A stretch of 64,000 nt of DNA from the human T2T-CHM13v2.0 reference genome, Homo sapiens: NCBI RefSeq assembly GCF_009914755.1, contig NC_060928.1; one strand, written 5' to 3'. The translations under genes were made by a program, and so were the position numbers. Shown piece after piece: positions 1 through 12,617 of the stretch (its first letter is position 1; each line of letters begins with the position of its first letter). The notes beneath the pieces were generated by a model. The model saw only the letters and a list, made by a program, of their open reading frames with translations. It did not search any database and was not told the DNA's origin.

Positions 1-1972
1 GAAAAAAAGGAAGTCAGATTTTCTCTGTTTGCAGATGACATGATTGTATATTTAGAAAACTCCATTGTCTCAGCCTAAAATCTCCTTAAGCTGATAAGCA
101 ACTTCAGCAAAGTCTCAGGATACAAAATCAATGTGCAAAAATCACAAGCATTCTTACACATCAATAATAGACAAGCAGAGAGCCAAATCATGAGTGAATC
201 CCCATTCACAAATACTACAAAGAGAATAAAATACCTAAGAATCCAACTTACAAGGGATGTGAAGGACCTCTTCAAGCAGAACTAAAAACCACTGCTCGAC
301 GAAATAAAAGAGGACACAAACAAATGGAAGAACATTCCATGCTCATGGATAGGAAGAATCAATATTGTGAAAATGGCCGTGCAGCCCAAGGTAATTTATA
401 GATTCAATGCCATCCTCATCAAGCTACCACTGACTTTCTCACAGAATTGGAAAAAACTACTTTAAAGTTCATATGGAAGCAAAAAAGAGCCCACATAGCC
501 AAGGCAATCCTAAGCCAAAAGAACAAAGCTGGAGGCATCACACTACTTGACTTCAAACTTACTACAAGTCTACAGTAATCAAAACAGCATGGTACTGGTA
601 CCAAAACAGAGATATAGACCAATGGAACAAAACAGAGTCCTCAGAAATAACACCACATGTCTACCACTATTTGATCTTTGACAAACCTGACAAAAACAAG
701 AAATGGAGAAAGGATTCCCTATTTAATAGATGGTGCTGGGAAAACAGGCTAGCCATATGTAGAAAGCTGAAACTGGATCCCTTCTTTACACTGTATACAA
801 AAATTAACTGAAAATGGATTAAAGACTTAAATGTAAGACCTAACAACATAAAAACCCCAGAAGAAAACCTAGGCAATACCATTCAGGACATAGGCATGGG
901 CAAAGTCTTCATCACTAAAACACCAAAAGCAATGGCAACAAAAGCCAAAATTGACAACTGGGATCTAATTAAACTAAAGAACTTCTGCACAGCAAAAGAA
1001 AATATCATCAGAGTGAACAGGCAACCTACAGAACGGGAGAAAATTTTTGCAATCTATCCATCTGACAAATGGCTAATACCCAGAATCTACGAAGAACTTA
1101 AACATATTTACAAGAAAAAAGAAAACAACCCAATCAAAAAGTGGGCAAAAGTTATGAAAAGACACTTCTCAAAAGATGACATTTATGCAGCAAACAGACA
1201 TATGAAAAAATGCTCATCATCACTGGTCATCAGAGAAATGCAAATGAAAATCACAATGAGATACCATCTCACACCAGTTAGCATGGTGATCATTAAAAAG
1301 TCAGAAAACAACAGATGCTGTAGAGGATGTGGAGAAATAGGAATGCTTTTACACTGTTGGTGGGACTGTAAATTCGTTCAACCATTGTGGAAGACAGTGT
1401 GGCAATTCCTCAAGGATCTAGGACTAGAAATACTGTTTGACCCAGCCATCCCATTACTGGGTATATACCTAAAGGATGACAAATCATGCTGCTATAAAGA
1501 CACATGCACACATATGTTTATTGCCATACTATTCACAATAGCAAAGACTTGGAACTAACCCAAATGTCCATCAATGATAGACTGGATTAAGAAAATGTGG
1601 CACATATACACCATGTAATACTATGCAACCATAGAAAAGATGAGTTCATGTCCTTTGCAGGGACACAGATGAAGCTGGAAACCATCATTCTAAGCAAACT
1701 ATCACAGGGACAGAAAACCAAACACCCCATCTTCTCACTCACAGGTAGGAGTTGAACAATGAGAACACATGGACACAGGGTGGGGAACCTCACACAGGGG
1801 CCTGTCATGGGGTGGGGGGCTGAGGGAGGGATAGCATTAGGAGAAATACCTAATGTAAATGACGAGTTGATGGGTTCAGCAAAACAACATGGCACATGTA
1901 TACCTATGTAACAAACCTGCACGTTGTGCACATGTACCCTAGAACTTAAAGTATATATAAAAAAGAAAAAAA
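1..1972 (+). mobile_element. LINE-1 3' portion (L1PA6-like), ORF2 RT/C-domain remnant, 3'UTR and A-tail; 5' part lies outside the window
   Basis: Starts in the ORF2 LFADD region. ORF 896-1558 (MATKAKID..., [18 protein letters not shown]) is the ORF2 C-terminus. The G-rich 3'UTR ends CCCTAGAACTTAAAGTATA plus an A-rich tail. Stops and frameshifts are present. Confidence 0.97.
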
Positions 1973-3230
1973 TTATCCAAATATCCAAGTGTGGCAGAAC
2001 CCAGCCAGTCCTAAAAAACTCCTTAGTTGTTACCTTGTCATAAGCCTGGCAGCTCTAGAAAGAGCTTCCTTCCAGTCAGGGAGCAGGTTTCTCTGTCCCT
2101 GCAAAAGCTTAGCCCCAAAGTGTTTAACTGAGGATTGTAACATTTTGCCTTTTCTTGCATACTTCATATCCCTCTTTGGCCAGAAAATTTAAAGTTAATA
2201 TAGTGCTCTGGTTAGAAGCCTCCTTGTTTGTGCCAGCAACTAATATGTCATTAACATATTAGAGTAGAGTCCCATGTTTTAGCTGAAGGTCTTGAAGGTG
2301 CTTAGTAAGAATTTCCCCAAAGATGACTGGAGAGTTTTTAAAGGCTTGGAGAGCTGTCCAACAGTACTGCTGCTTTTCCTTAGTATCTGGACCCTCTCAT
2401 TCAAAAGCAAACAATTCTGTGACTCTGAACTCAAAGGAATGAAAAAGAAAGCATCTTTCAGATCTGAGACTGTAAACCAGCAATGTTCACCAGTTAAAGT
2501 TGTGAGTAGTCTATAAGGATTGGGAACTACTGGGTAAATGTCCTTTGCAATTTGGTTAATGGCTCTGAAGTCCTGAACAACCCTGTATTCCTTAGTCCCA
2601 GGCCTCTGGACCACCAAGGTAGGTGTGTAATATGGGGACCAGAAAGGTCTACTGTGCCTAAATTGGAGGAAAATGGGCAACAAAGTTTCAATATCTTATT
2701 GTGCTTTTTTCCTCAGGAATATTGTTGTAGATTCTACAAATACATTATTGTTTTAGATTTCTACACATACATTAACCTGTATTGGGATTGTGGATTTAGC
2801 CCTCTCTTGTCTGCTATGGGCTCAGGTATGGTGGCTCACCCTTTGTAGCAATTCTTCAGGGATGGAAGCAGGTTTATGAGCTTCTTGTAACAATTCAGCT
2901 TGCTAGGTGCAAACTTCATATGGGGACATGCTGACATTCAGTCATCCAGGGAAATGGCAACCTTTGCATTCAGTTTAGTCAAAAGATCATGTCCCAAGAG
3001 AGGAATGGGGCATTTAGGCATATATAAGAAAGTATGTTGGCAATCTAGGGATTGAAGTAGTCTTTATAGGGTCCTCCCTGTGACTCCAGTCACTTTTGTG
3101 GTTTCTGGACAGTTTGGACAGGCATGTATTTAATACCAAGTAGGTAGCTCCAGTATCTACTAGAAATTCCAATCATCTATTTTCCACTCTTATAACAACC
3201 TGGGTCTCTGTGTGGGAAAACTGAAGGTTG
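1973..3230 (-). pseudogene. pol: ERV pro-pol relic (aspartic protease plus reverse transcriptase), cut off at 1973 by the L1
   Basis: DTG triad at 3149-3157; ORF 2279-2683 carries RT motifs; the catalytic YxDD has decayed to YVND and is preceded by a stop. Confidence 0.9.
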
Positions 3231-3269
3231 TTGGTTGGATCAGAAGGAGCTGCCCGGGTCCTGTAATTC

Positions 3270-4830
3270 CTATCCCTCATCAACAAAGTTCTCAGCCTCA
3301 AGTCCCTTGCCTGCAGGTAGCATGGAATGCATTTGGTGAATGAGAGGTTGATTTCTCTCAGTATTTGCCCCTCTGTGGTTTGCACAATCTTTTTTCCAGT
3401 GGCCCTCCTGTCTGCGATAGGCACATTGGTCAGGATCTGCAGTGGAGTGCCCCTTCTTATTGGAAGCATGGGGAAAAGAGGGTCTTATCTTAAGTGGGGT
3501 GCCCAAGCAGGGTCCTTGCCATGGTAGAGTTCCTTGGGTTAGAGCAGCTGTCAGCAAGGTGGCTTGTTGTTGCATTCTTTGAAGGTTTTTCTGCTTCTGA
3601 ACCTGGTCACTGCTGGTGAATACTTTGAAAGAAATCCCCACCGTTTGAGACAAAGGCATGCCCAATGCCCCTTTGGCATTTTGCAAATTTCTCAGAATAT
3701 TGGAAGCACTCTGGCTAGTAAATGTCATGTTTATTATGCTTAAATATTCTGGAACAGTGAGGTCAACATATGTGTATTACCGAACACTTTAAAAATGCAT
3801 CTCATGAACTCAGAGGGGCTTTCATTGGGCTTTTGCATTACTTCTTGAACTTTGTTAAGGCTTCTTTGCTTCAGGTCCTCTTTATGGAGTCTAGCCAGGG
3901 TGCAATCACAATAATGCTGAAGCTTAGGCTTGTCTCCAGTGTTAACATTCCATCCAGGGTTGGCTATAAGCACTGAAATCTGGGATGCTGCCTATACCAG
4001 GGTTACCAGGGAAGTCAGCATGCAAACAATCTGCTTCATCTCTAGCCTTTCTAAGACCATTCTCCACTCCTCAGATATTAGAAGTATATTGAACAGGCTT
4101 CAAACATTAGCCCAGGTGGGGTTATGAATTGGAAATATAAATGAAAACTGTAAGTGGGCATATTGTTTTTCAAATTGAATAACTCAGAAGTAGAGAATAA
4201 AGAATATACCCAAATTAACCCCATAGGTTTCCTTGCATTGACATCAACACCTCCCATAATTAGCTGCTGAAAGCAGAATTGCCCTACTGAAGTTCAAGTG
4301 GCACCCTGGCTGAAGGGTTCCCTGATAGGTGTGAGAAATGACCATTCCTGTATCCCCCTCATTTCTGGCCTCTTGGAGGTGGGAACTATGGTTCAGGACC
4401 TGGTGATGTGGCCAAGGCTCCCCCATATAGTGGGGGAAGTGGACCTGACCACTTGTTTAACTGAATTAACAAAGTATCATCATCTCTTTACTGGGACTCT
4501 GCTAGTACAGGATTATTAACATTTTCTGATATCCCAATTTTACATTTTTGTCTTTATTGGTCTGTTTTGCCAAAGGAATATAAAACACTATATACATGAG
4601 AGACTTCATCTTGCTTTTCTTCTTCCTTGTAGAACAAGTCTAGCTGAAAGAAGGTATTGTAACCAAAGGAACCATTTCTGGCTATCTTTCCCCATATTCT
4701 AATAAGTACTGGGACCAGGTTGCATTACAAATGTAAATCATTTTCTTCTTCTTTTTCATGGATTTTTAGGTGAAGAATGCCCAATTTTGTAATACACAAG
4801 CCAATAGCCTGCTTAGAAAAATCAACTTAT
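3270..4830 (-). pseudogene. gag: ERV gag relic (MA-CA-NC) with multiple stops and frameshifts
   Basis: ORF fragments 3270-3728 and 3740-3973, plus hand-translated MA and CA motifs. Confidence 0.9.
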
Positions 4831-5495
4831 CATTTATCGTAGCAGCCAAGACAAAATTATAGATGTAACAAAGACACAATACCAGTCACTCCTCTCGGTA
4901 TCTGAGTTTTAACCTAGAAAAAGAGACAAAATGGTTTCCCGCAAATCAGGCCTGTTGAGCATCAGCTAGTGACTCCTTCAAGACTCCCCACACATAAATG
5001 GAACAAGAACAGGCATGCAGTCTTACAAGTCTGAATTCTGAAACTAGATTTCAGAACTGAGACCCAAAGCATCTAGTAGTACTTCCTCCAAACCGTGCTC
5101 TTTATTGTCTTTCCAGTTGGTGAAAGTCCCCTTAAACAGGGCCCATCCTATAGTTTAGGGAGAGTCAACAGAACCTTCTGACAGGTAACAGGACCTCTGA
5201 AAAGGTCAACATATCAGGAGAAGGGAAAAGGGGTGTTCATTGCACTTGAGATTACTCACCAGATTCAGAAGACATCTTTAAGACTCAGAAACCATTTCTC
5301 TACTGTAAGCAAGCTTATGTGCCAAATGTTGGCAACACTCCACTGGTAAGGAAGGCTCCAGGGATAGCGCCTGGCTTAAAGGAGCCAGACAGCTACTTGA
5401 GCTTATCTCTAGGCCCTCCAAAATGGAGGGGGCACTAGCCATGGGCAGATGCTGACAATGGATGACTCTTAGTAGAATCACCACTAAGGTGTGAC

Positions 5496-6207
5496 TGTAA
5501 TAGGCTTATGGACTGATGCACACAGCAAGTCAATACACTGAGACACTGGGTTGCAGCAGAGAAAGAGGATTAATTGTAGGTCACTGAACAAGGAGATAGG
5601 ACGAATCCTCAAATCCATCTCCCAAAGGAGCTTGGGGTTAAGGTTTCTAAGGGTGTTGGAGTGGGCTGAAGCGTGGAGATCATTGATTGGTCTAAGAGTG
5701 CATGATGAAGTCGTGGGACAGGGAGATGAAGAAGCTGTATTTTCATGTTGATCTTACTCCTCCGTAGAGGTCTTCAAACTGGCTAGTGGAATTCTGGTCC
5801 TGAAAATCATCTTAAGCAACCCTTAAAAACCTTATGAGTCCAATGTCAGAGATCCCATCTATAGGAACAATGAGAATGCAAATCAAGTCTTAAGCAGTTT
5901 TAAGACACTAATTTTCAAATTCTTATCTATAGGAACGGGGGGATGTAAATGGTCAGTATCTAGTGCTATGTGACTTTTAGCAACAAGGAAGTGGACCAGA
6001 GTGCAGCCTCATTAATATTTAATTATAAGTAACTATATTTCTGTCCAGAACCCAGCATGCAATTTTATCTTTTGTTTTTGTTTTGAGACAGAGTCTCACT
6101 CTGTCACACAGGCTGGAGTGCAGTGGTGCAAACTTGGCTCATTGCAACTCTGCCTTCTGGGTTGAACTCAGCATGCAATTCTTGTTAACTTTGTGGGGGA
6201 AGTTTCA
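5496..6207 (-). mobile_element. ERV1 (MER4/LTR8-group-like) LTR, probably a solo insertion
   Basis: TG...CA termini (TGTAA at 5496, TTTCA at 6207). The flanks GTGAC (5491-5495) and GTGGC (6208-6212) resemble a 5-bp TSD. The body CTCAAATCCATCTCCC...GATTGG is LTR8-like. Confidence 0.8.
6065..6163 (-). mobile_element. 5'-truncated Alu (about 100 bp of right arm plus tail) inserted in the LTR
   Basis: GAGACAGAGTCTCACTCTGTC...GGCTGGAGTGCAGTGG; 17-bp TSD GAAC(C/T)CAGCATGCAATT at 6048-6064 and 6164-6180. Confidence 0.92.
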
Positions 6208-6244
6208 GTGGCACATACTAGCATGAATAGGACTGAAATGGGAA

Positions 6245-6769
6245 TGTTACTAGTAAAAAAACCAGATTTCATTAGCCTGGTGAGTAAAAAATGACTGTTC
6301 ATGAGAACACAAGTTTTCATCAATAGGAGTGTTAAGGAAGAGAACACTGAGAGTATTCTTCAAAGCAGTGTCTTCCTGAGGGAAAGAGACGAAAGGTTTT
6401 ATGGGATGACGGACAGGGGAGAGAATACATCATCACATGTAGATAAGTGAGAGTAGGGGTCCCAGTTGTACAGATGTAGTGAGCCATTATGCCAGTACAT
6501 AAGTTGCATGTTATAGTAATGAAGCTGCATGTTACGGTAATGAAACTCCTTTGGGGTGGATATTTTAGGAATGTAATGAGGAAAATTTACTAGGGTCCAT
6601 CTATAAGTTGCCAGAGTCTGTCAGAAACTGGTTCCAACCAACGAGGTGATTGTATTCCACACACGGTTTGGGGAAAAACAGACTTCAGGGCAGGATGCTG
6701 TGCAACAGGCTGATTGTTCAATTTGATTAAATTCCTGTAATTCCGAAAGAGCCTCTCTGTTTGCTGAGA
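6245..6769 (-). mobile_element. Old LTR, MER76-like
   Basis: Resembles the recalled MER76 consensus (GAGAACACTGAGAGTATTCTTCAAAGCAGTGTC..., CAGGCTGATTGTTCAATTTGATTAAATTCCT); internal 21-bp tandem duplication near 6505-6547. Confidence 0.65.
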
Positions 6770-7104
6770 AAAATATCACAGATTTAGAGCCATAGATTAT
6801 GGCTCAAGAGACAGCTGAAAGGTTAGGAAGTCTATGCTACTAGCCAAGGAATCATCAGATTCCATTAGATTCTCTACTGGGGGGAGAGCAAGATTAATGA
6901 GTTAATAACCAGGGCTGGAAAGGCTGTAACATTGCAAGAACAGAAAATCAAGCAGACCATTACACCATCTTACAGATTTACATTGTTCCCACTTACAGAT
7001 TTACGTTTATATCGGACAGTATAATGTTCAGGATCCTCTGTCACCTCACTCCCCATTGCCGTTTTCCAAAATCAGCAGATAAAATTGGAAACAATACCAG
7101 TAGT

Positions 7105-7703
<599 letters not shown>

Positions 7704-8231
7704 AATTCCAGTTCTTTCTATGTGACTGAAACCCTGGCTATTATTACTGGGTGCCAGGGGAAGAGTGATACTAAGACTTTGTTTTTCTTTATTTAGTTAT
7801 TTTTCATAGGAATTCTACCATAATTTACATGGTTAAAGTGTTTATAAATATTCTTTTTTTCAAATTAAGACAGATTGTCTATAGTCCCGTATTTAAGAAT
7901 TTGGTCAAAAACATAGTTTTCTACTCATTTATAAATACTCAAATGAAAAATAAATGTAAAAGTACACAAGGTCCATGAGCGCTACATAAGCCAAGGATCC
8001 TGGTTGTGTTGCCCAAGATATTTCAGTTTAATGCCTGAATGGTTAAGATCAGCAGTTAATTTATGAAGCCATCAATTATCTTTACAAAGAACTGTTCCTG
8101 ATTGAATTCACCAGACCTTACAATCAGTTTCATCAAGTAGCAATGTAGCAAAGAATGCCATTTTAGGGAGAGAAAAAAAGGAAAGAAAGAACTCCTTAAG
8201 CCACTTTGACTGTGGTAATAGTGCCAAAGTC

Positions 8232-8775
8232 TCCATTTTTAGGAAAACTTAACAATAACTCACATTTATTAAGCCCTTACTCTATGCATGACATTCTACA
8301 GAGAACTCTACATATAGTGTCTCATGGATTTCTTGTAACAGCACTCTCAGATATTATCTCTGTTTTAAAGATTGAAAGAGAAAGGTTCAAGCTGGTTAAG
8401 TTATTCCAAGTTGTTCATTCAAGGCAACTGAGCCACTCAGAGCAGCATTATCACTTTTATGAGCTCTAGGCATTTTTGTCTTTGTGAGCCCCTTTCTTCA
8501 TTAAAAAACAAAAATTATATCTTATAACTGCTTAACTATGAAGACAATTATATCCCAGGCTGGATTTACTCTTACATATCCGTTATTATTATATTCAATT
8601 CTTTTTTCTTGAATTCAAAATAAATTAAAATTAAAATATTTTGTGAGACCCCCCCAAAAATCATGAGACCTTGGCATCGTGCCTACTGTGCCTAATAAAT
8701 AAGCTGGCCCTGCAGAGACAGGATTCAAACTTGGGCTGATGGAATGAGTCCAATAGCTACGTCCTTCTATGCATT
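8232..8775 (-). mobile_element. MIR SINE interrupted by a DNA transposon
   Basis: MIR core (CATTTATTAAGCCCTTACT..., ATTATCTCTGTTTTAAAGAT) resumes after 8712 with GGATTCAAAC. Confidence 0.65.
8438..8712. mobile_element. Non-autonomous hAT DNA transposon, ORSL-like (about 275 bp)
   Basis: CAG...GGCCCTG termini and GTGCCTACTGTGCCTAAT...AAG subterminal motif, recalled from the hAT-Tip100 element ORSL. Confidence 0.6.
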
Positions 8776-9949
8776 CCCCTCATCTTGGCCACTGTCAAAT
8801 CGTGAACCTCACATTTTTCCCACTTCTCTCAAAATGATTTTTAAAATACTAATGTCACAATCTACCCAGCCTAAATTCTGTGAATTTGTAGAACTCCAAT
8901 TTCTTTGCTTCCAAGATGTAACACTCCAGAATTAATTCAGGATTAAAAAAAAAAAAAAACAAAAAGAAAGAAAGAAAAAAGTCACAGTATTTGCAATGCT
9001 GCAAAGGGAAAGGAAATGTTTTATTCGTAGTCATTTGAACTCTTAAAGCCATAAAGAACAAAGATGCCTAACATATCTTTATCATTCATTTCTGTGTTAT
9101 TGAACCAAAACTGCCTGCAGGTGCATGTGGCTATTTAAAGGAAATTGTAAATCGCTTTCATATCTTACTAATGTAGTGAGGACGTATAAATAGTTGCACA
9201 TGGCAGATAATTAGTTTATGCCAACACATTATTGTGCTTACGAGCATCTGGATATCAACTACTTGGCAAAAGAGCCAAAGAAAGTTATTGCTAACAAAAT
9301 ACTACGAAGTCATTTCCAAAATGCTGAGTGGTGAATATTTAAATGACAAAAAAGAGTATGTTAAACTTATGCTAACGGGTAAGATTTAAGTTAAAGAAAT
9401 TCAGAGAAAAAGTAGCCATGACAAACAAAGAGTGGTATGCTTAATATTGATGCTTCCTGGGACTTTTGTTGCTTCCCTTTTATTATTTTCTTATAAAATA
9501 ATAGAAGAAAACAAATGCATGGATATGCAGATACATATATAGATTATATAATTATATGACTATATTATATAAATTATATAGATTACAAAGAATAAAACAT
9601 CAGAAAAGCATCCTTAGAAGTGTTTATTTCTAGAAGAAATTATTATATATATTTATACAATTTTTTTAAAGTGTGGCATATTGTATAGTTAAATCCCAAA
9701 TTCAAAAATATATTCTAAGATATATGTGCATTATTTCTTTTGTCTGATACTCTGAACTTTGTTCATCCATGCAGAAGACTAAATTTCCTGTGCCCCTGCT
9801 AAACTGGCCATTTTTTCTCTTGTATCCATCCCATGGAGCACTCAGATGTCATGGATGTTGAAGGAAAGATGGGTAGGTCTCTTACTTGCTGCCCATTGTG
9901 GCACTGAGACCATTCATTGTCCTTTCCTTCTACCTCATTATCTTATCTT

Positions 9950-10830
9950 TTTGAAGTTAATTGCTTGAGTCCATCACCTCATATCCCTTCTTGTTGTTCC
10001 TATTTTCTATCTTTTTATGCTTTTTTTCTAGTATTTCAGAACTATTCCTGAATTACAGACTCATATATCTAAGTGCTTACATGGCATTTCCAGTTGGAGT
10101 TTGTATTAGTCTGTTCTCACATGGCAATGAAGAACCACCTGGGACTGAGTAATTTATGAAGACAAGAGGTTTAATTGACTCACAGTTCTGCAGGCTTAAC
10201 AAGAAGCATGAGTGGGAGGTCTCAGGAAACTTAGGACTATCATGGCAAAAGGCAAGCAAGGACATCTTATCATGGTGGAGCAGGAAAGAGAGGGGAGGGG
10301 AGGTGCCACACACTTTTGAAGAATCAGATTTCGTGAGAACTCACTCACTATTACAAGAACAGCAAGGGAAAAATCTGCTCCCAAGATCTAATCATCTCCT
10401 ACTAGGCCCCGTCTCTAATTTGACATGAGATTTGAGTGGGGACACTAATCCAAACCATGTCGGAAGTTTAATAGGTATAACAAATTTATCATGTCTAGTA
10501 TTGAAATCTTGATTTCCATCTCCCAAATATGTTCCTCACGTGGTCTTTTTCATCTCCATAAAATAGCACTTTCATTCTTCACGTTGTTTAGACCCGAGCT
10601 TTAAAGTCCTTGTTTACTACCTTTTATTCTCACACTCATACAATCAAACTGCAAATCCTTTGTTTCTACCTTCAAAACAGCAGAATCCTTCCCATTCTCA
10701 TTGACTCTATTACAACTACTACTCCAGGCCTAAACTCTCTGACTTGGATGATGGTAATTGCTCCTAAATATTCTCTCTGCATGTATTCATGTTTCCCTGT
10801 AGTCTCTTCCCTGTAATCCTGCATCTCCAT
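9950..10830 (+). mobile_element. L2 fragment split by an MSTA LTR
   Basis: Pyrimidine-rich L2 motifs (CATGTCTAGTATTGAAATCTTGATTTCC, TCTACCTTCAAAA) on both sides of the LTR. Confidence 0.65.
10102..10462 (-). mobile_element. ERVL-MaLR solo LTR, MSTA-like
   Basis: TGTATTAGTCTGTTCTC...GAGGTTTAATTGACTCACAGTTC...GTGAGAACTCACTCACTAT...CCAAACCAT. Confidence 0.9.
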
Positions 10831-12617
10831 GTGGAAGCTTCCACTTTCATCCCCAGCCACACGGGAACTGAGCTAACAGCTGACCTCACCCTCAGGGGAT
10901 AAAGAGTGGACACCATGTCTATATATATCATTCTCAATAGTATTAAGCATTTGACTTTTTATAGCCATTTAAATGTCATTTCTAATCAGAGTAGTAGTTG
11001 TGTGTCATAAAAAACCCAACTATCATAGAAAGCTAAACCAAAAACCTAAACCCTGCTTCTCACCCCTTAGTTGCACCACCTCGGAGGCAACAACTTTTAA
11101 CTCTCTTAACTGTTTTGTCTAGCAGTTACCTCCTTCTATAAAAACAACATACATACATTGATATTCCTTTGCTCATTAATTTCTAATATTATCCTCAGAG
11201 TCTCTGCTATTTTGGATGAGGATTTAGTTCTTTTATAACTCTACCCTACTAAACTATCTCCTAGGCCTTATATGGTTTTATTACTGTTTATATTTTAATG
11301 AATAAATAGTGCATACATGATTATGGTTAGGTATATATTTTGCACTGGAGAGCCAAGCAGAGTAATTCTTTTCCATTTTCCATCTTTTAAGTATTTTCTT
11401 TTCACGTCATGTTTTAATTACCTTTCATTTTCTTGATTATATTCTCAAATGTTCTTTCAAACTTTTATTATGTTGGGAATTCTGAGACAGTCTCTCTCTT
11501 TACCTCTTTTTATTCCCCCAGAAGATCTTTTTTCTGGAGTCTTCATTCTACTGTTCTAAACTGGATGATATGATTTTGGACAAAAATATTTATTTAAGGT
11601 TCAGTTTTATCACCTATAACATAGACATATGGAAAATCTATAAAGCATGCAGAATTATTATGAGGACTAAATGAGACATCTAAGAAAATACTTTATCAAC
11701 TAAAAAGTACCAAAAATTAATGATGGTATTATTACTTTCATCATTAAAATATTATTCTCATGTTGAATTGTCAAAGCAACTTCACAAATGCAAGGTACTT
11801 TGGAAAGGACAAGCATCAATAACTCTGCCTGGCCACCCCAGATGAATATCTGGCTGGGAGGCAGCATGAAGCATTCAAAAGAACTTTGACTTTATAATGA
11901 AAGGACCTGGATTTGACATTTTCGCATTTCACTGACTAATATTAGTTAAGTCATTTGACTTTTTCTCATTTCAATGTTTCTAATATGCTATAATAGCACT
12001 AGCTTTTTTCCATGTTTTAAATTTTTTTCTATTTAAATAAATTTTTAATTAAGGTAATTACAGATTCACAATTAGTTACAAAAATAGTACAAAGAGGTCC
12101 CATGTAACATTGCTCAGGTTCTTCTTATATTATTGACATAATTATAGCACATTAGAAAAATCCCCAGATCAGTAAACTACCATTAACTAAACCATTGATT
12201 TTTTTTTGACATTTCAAAACCTGAATATGATACAGTAATTCATATATACACATAAAAGTGAGTACAACTTCCTGACTTTTCACAGATTAAACACACCCTT
12301 GTAACCAGCATTTTAACAAAAGGCAGTAAATTGCTAGCACCCCAGAATCACCTCTTGGGTTCCCGTTCCAACCCAACTCCTTGATATTTCTAACAACAGA
12401 TATTAGTGTTGCTTTTACTGTAATTATAAAAATGAAGTCATACTTCTTCATTCTCTTGTGTCTGCCTCCTTTAGTTCAACACATTTGTGGAATTCACTTT
12501 TGTTGGTTTCTTTATGTCTTTTGCCTTTGTTTTTATTTTATTTCAACACATAAAAGTCTTTTTAAATGTAATCAAACTTATGAGTCTTTTATGGCATCTA
12601 CAATTTGAAAGAGGTTT

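Larger units (their letters stand above)
1973..5490 (-). mobile_element. Decayed class I (gamma-like, ERV1) endogenous retrovirus internal region: leader, gag, pro and 5' pol
   Basis: Minus-strand motifs appear in the correct order: MA (LACVLQNW...ICNATWSQY, QLDLF, ~4600-4810), CA (HNPTWANV ~4110; VMQKPNESPSEF ~3820), NC knuckle relic (CAYRRQEGHWKKDC ~3400), protease FLVDTGATY (~3140-3166), RT (YRVVQDFRAINQ, PVVPNPY, WFTVSDLKDAFF, YVND at 2247-2258, FLGLAGFC ~2000). Confidence 0.95.

Noticed and set aside
2279-3973. Co-opted or intact retroviral genes
   Set aside because: There are multiple stops and frameshifts, the RT YxDD has decayed to YVND, and the zinc knuckle has lost a cysteine.
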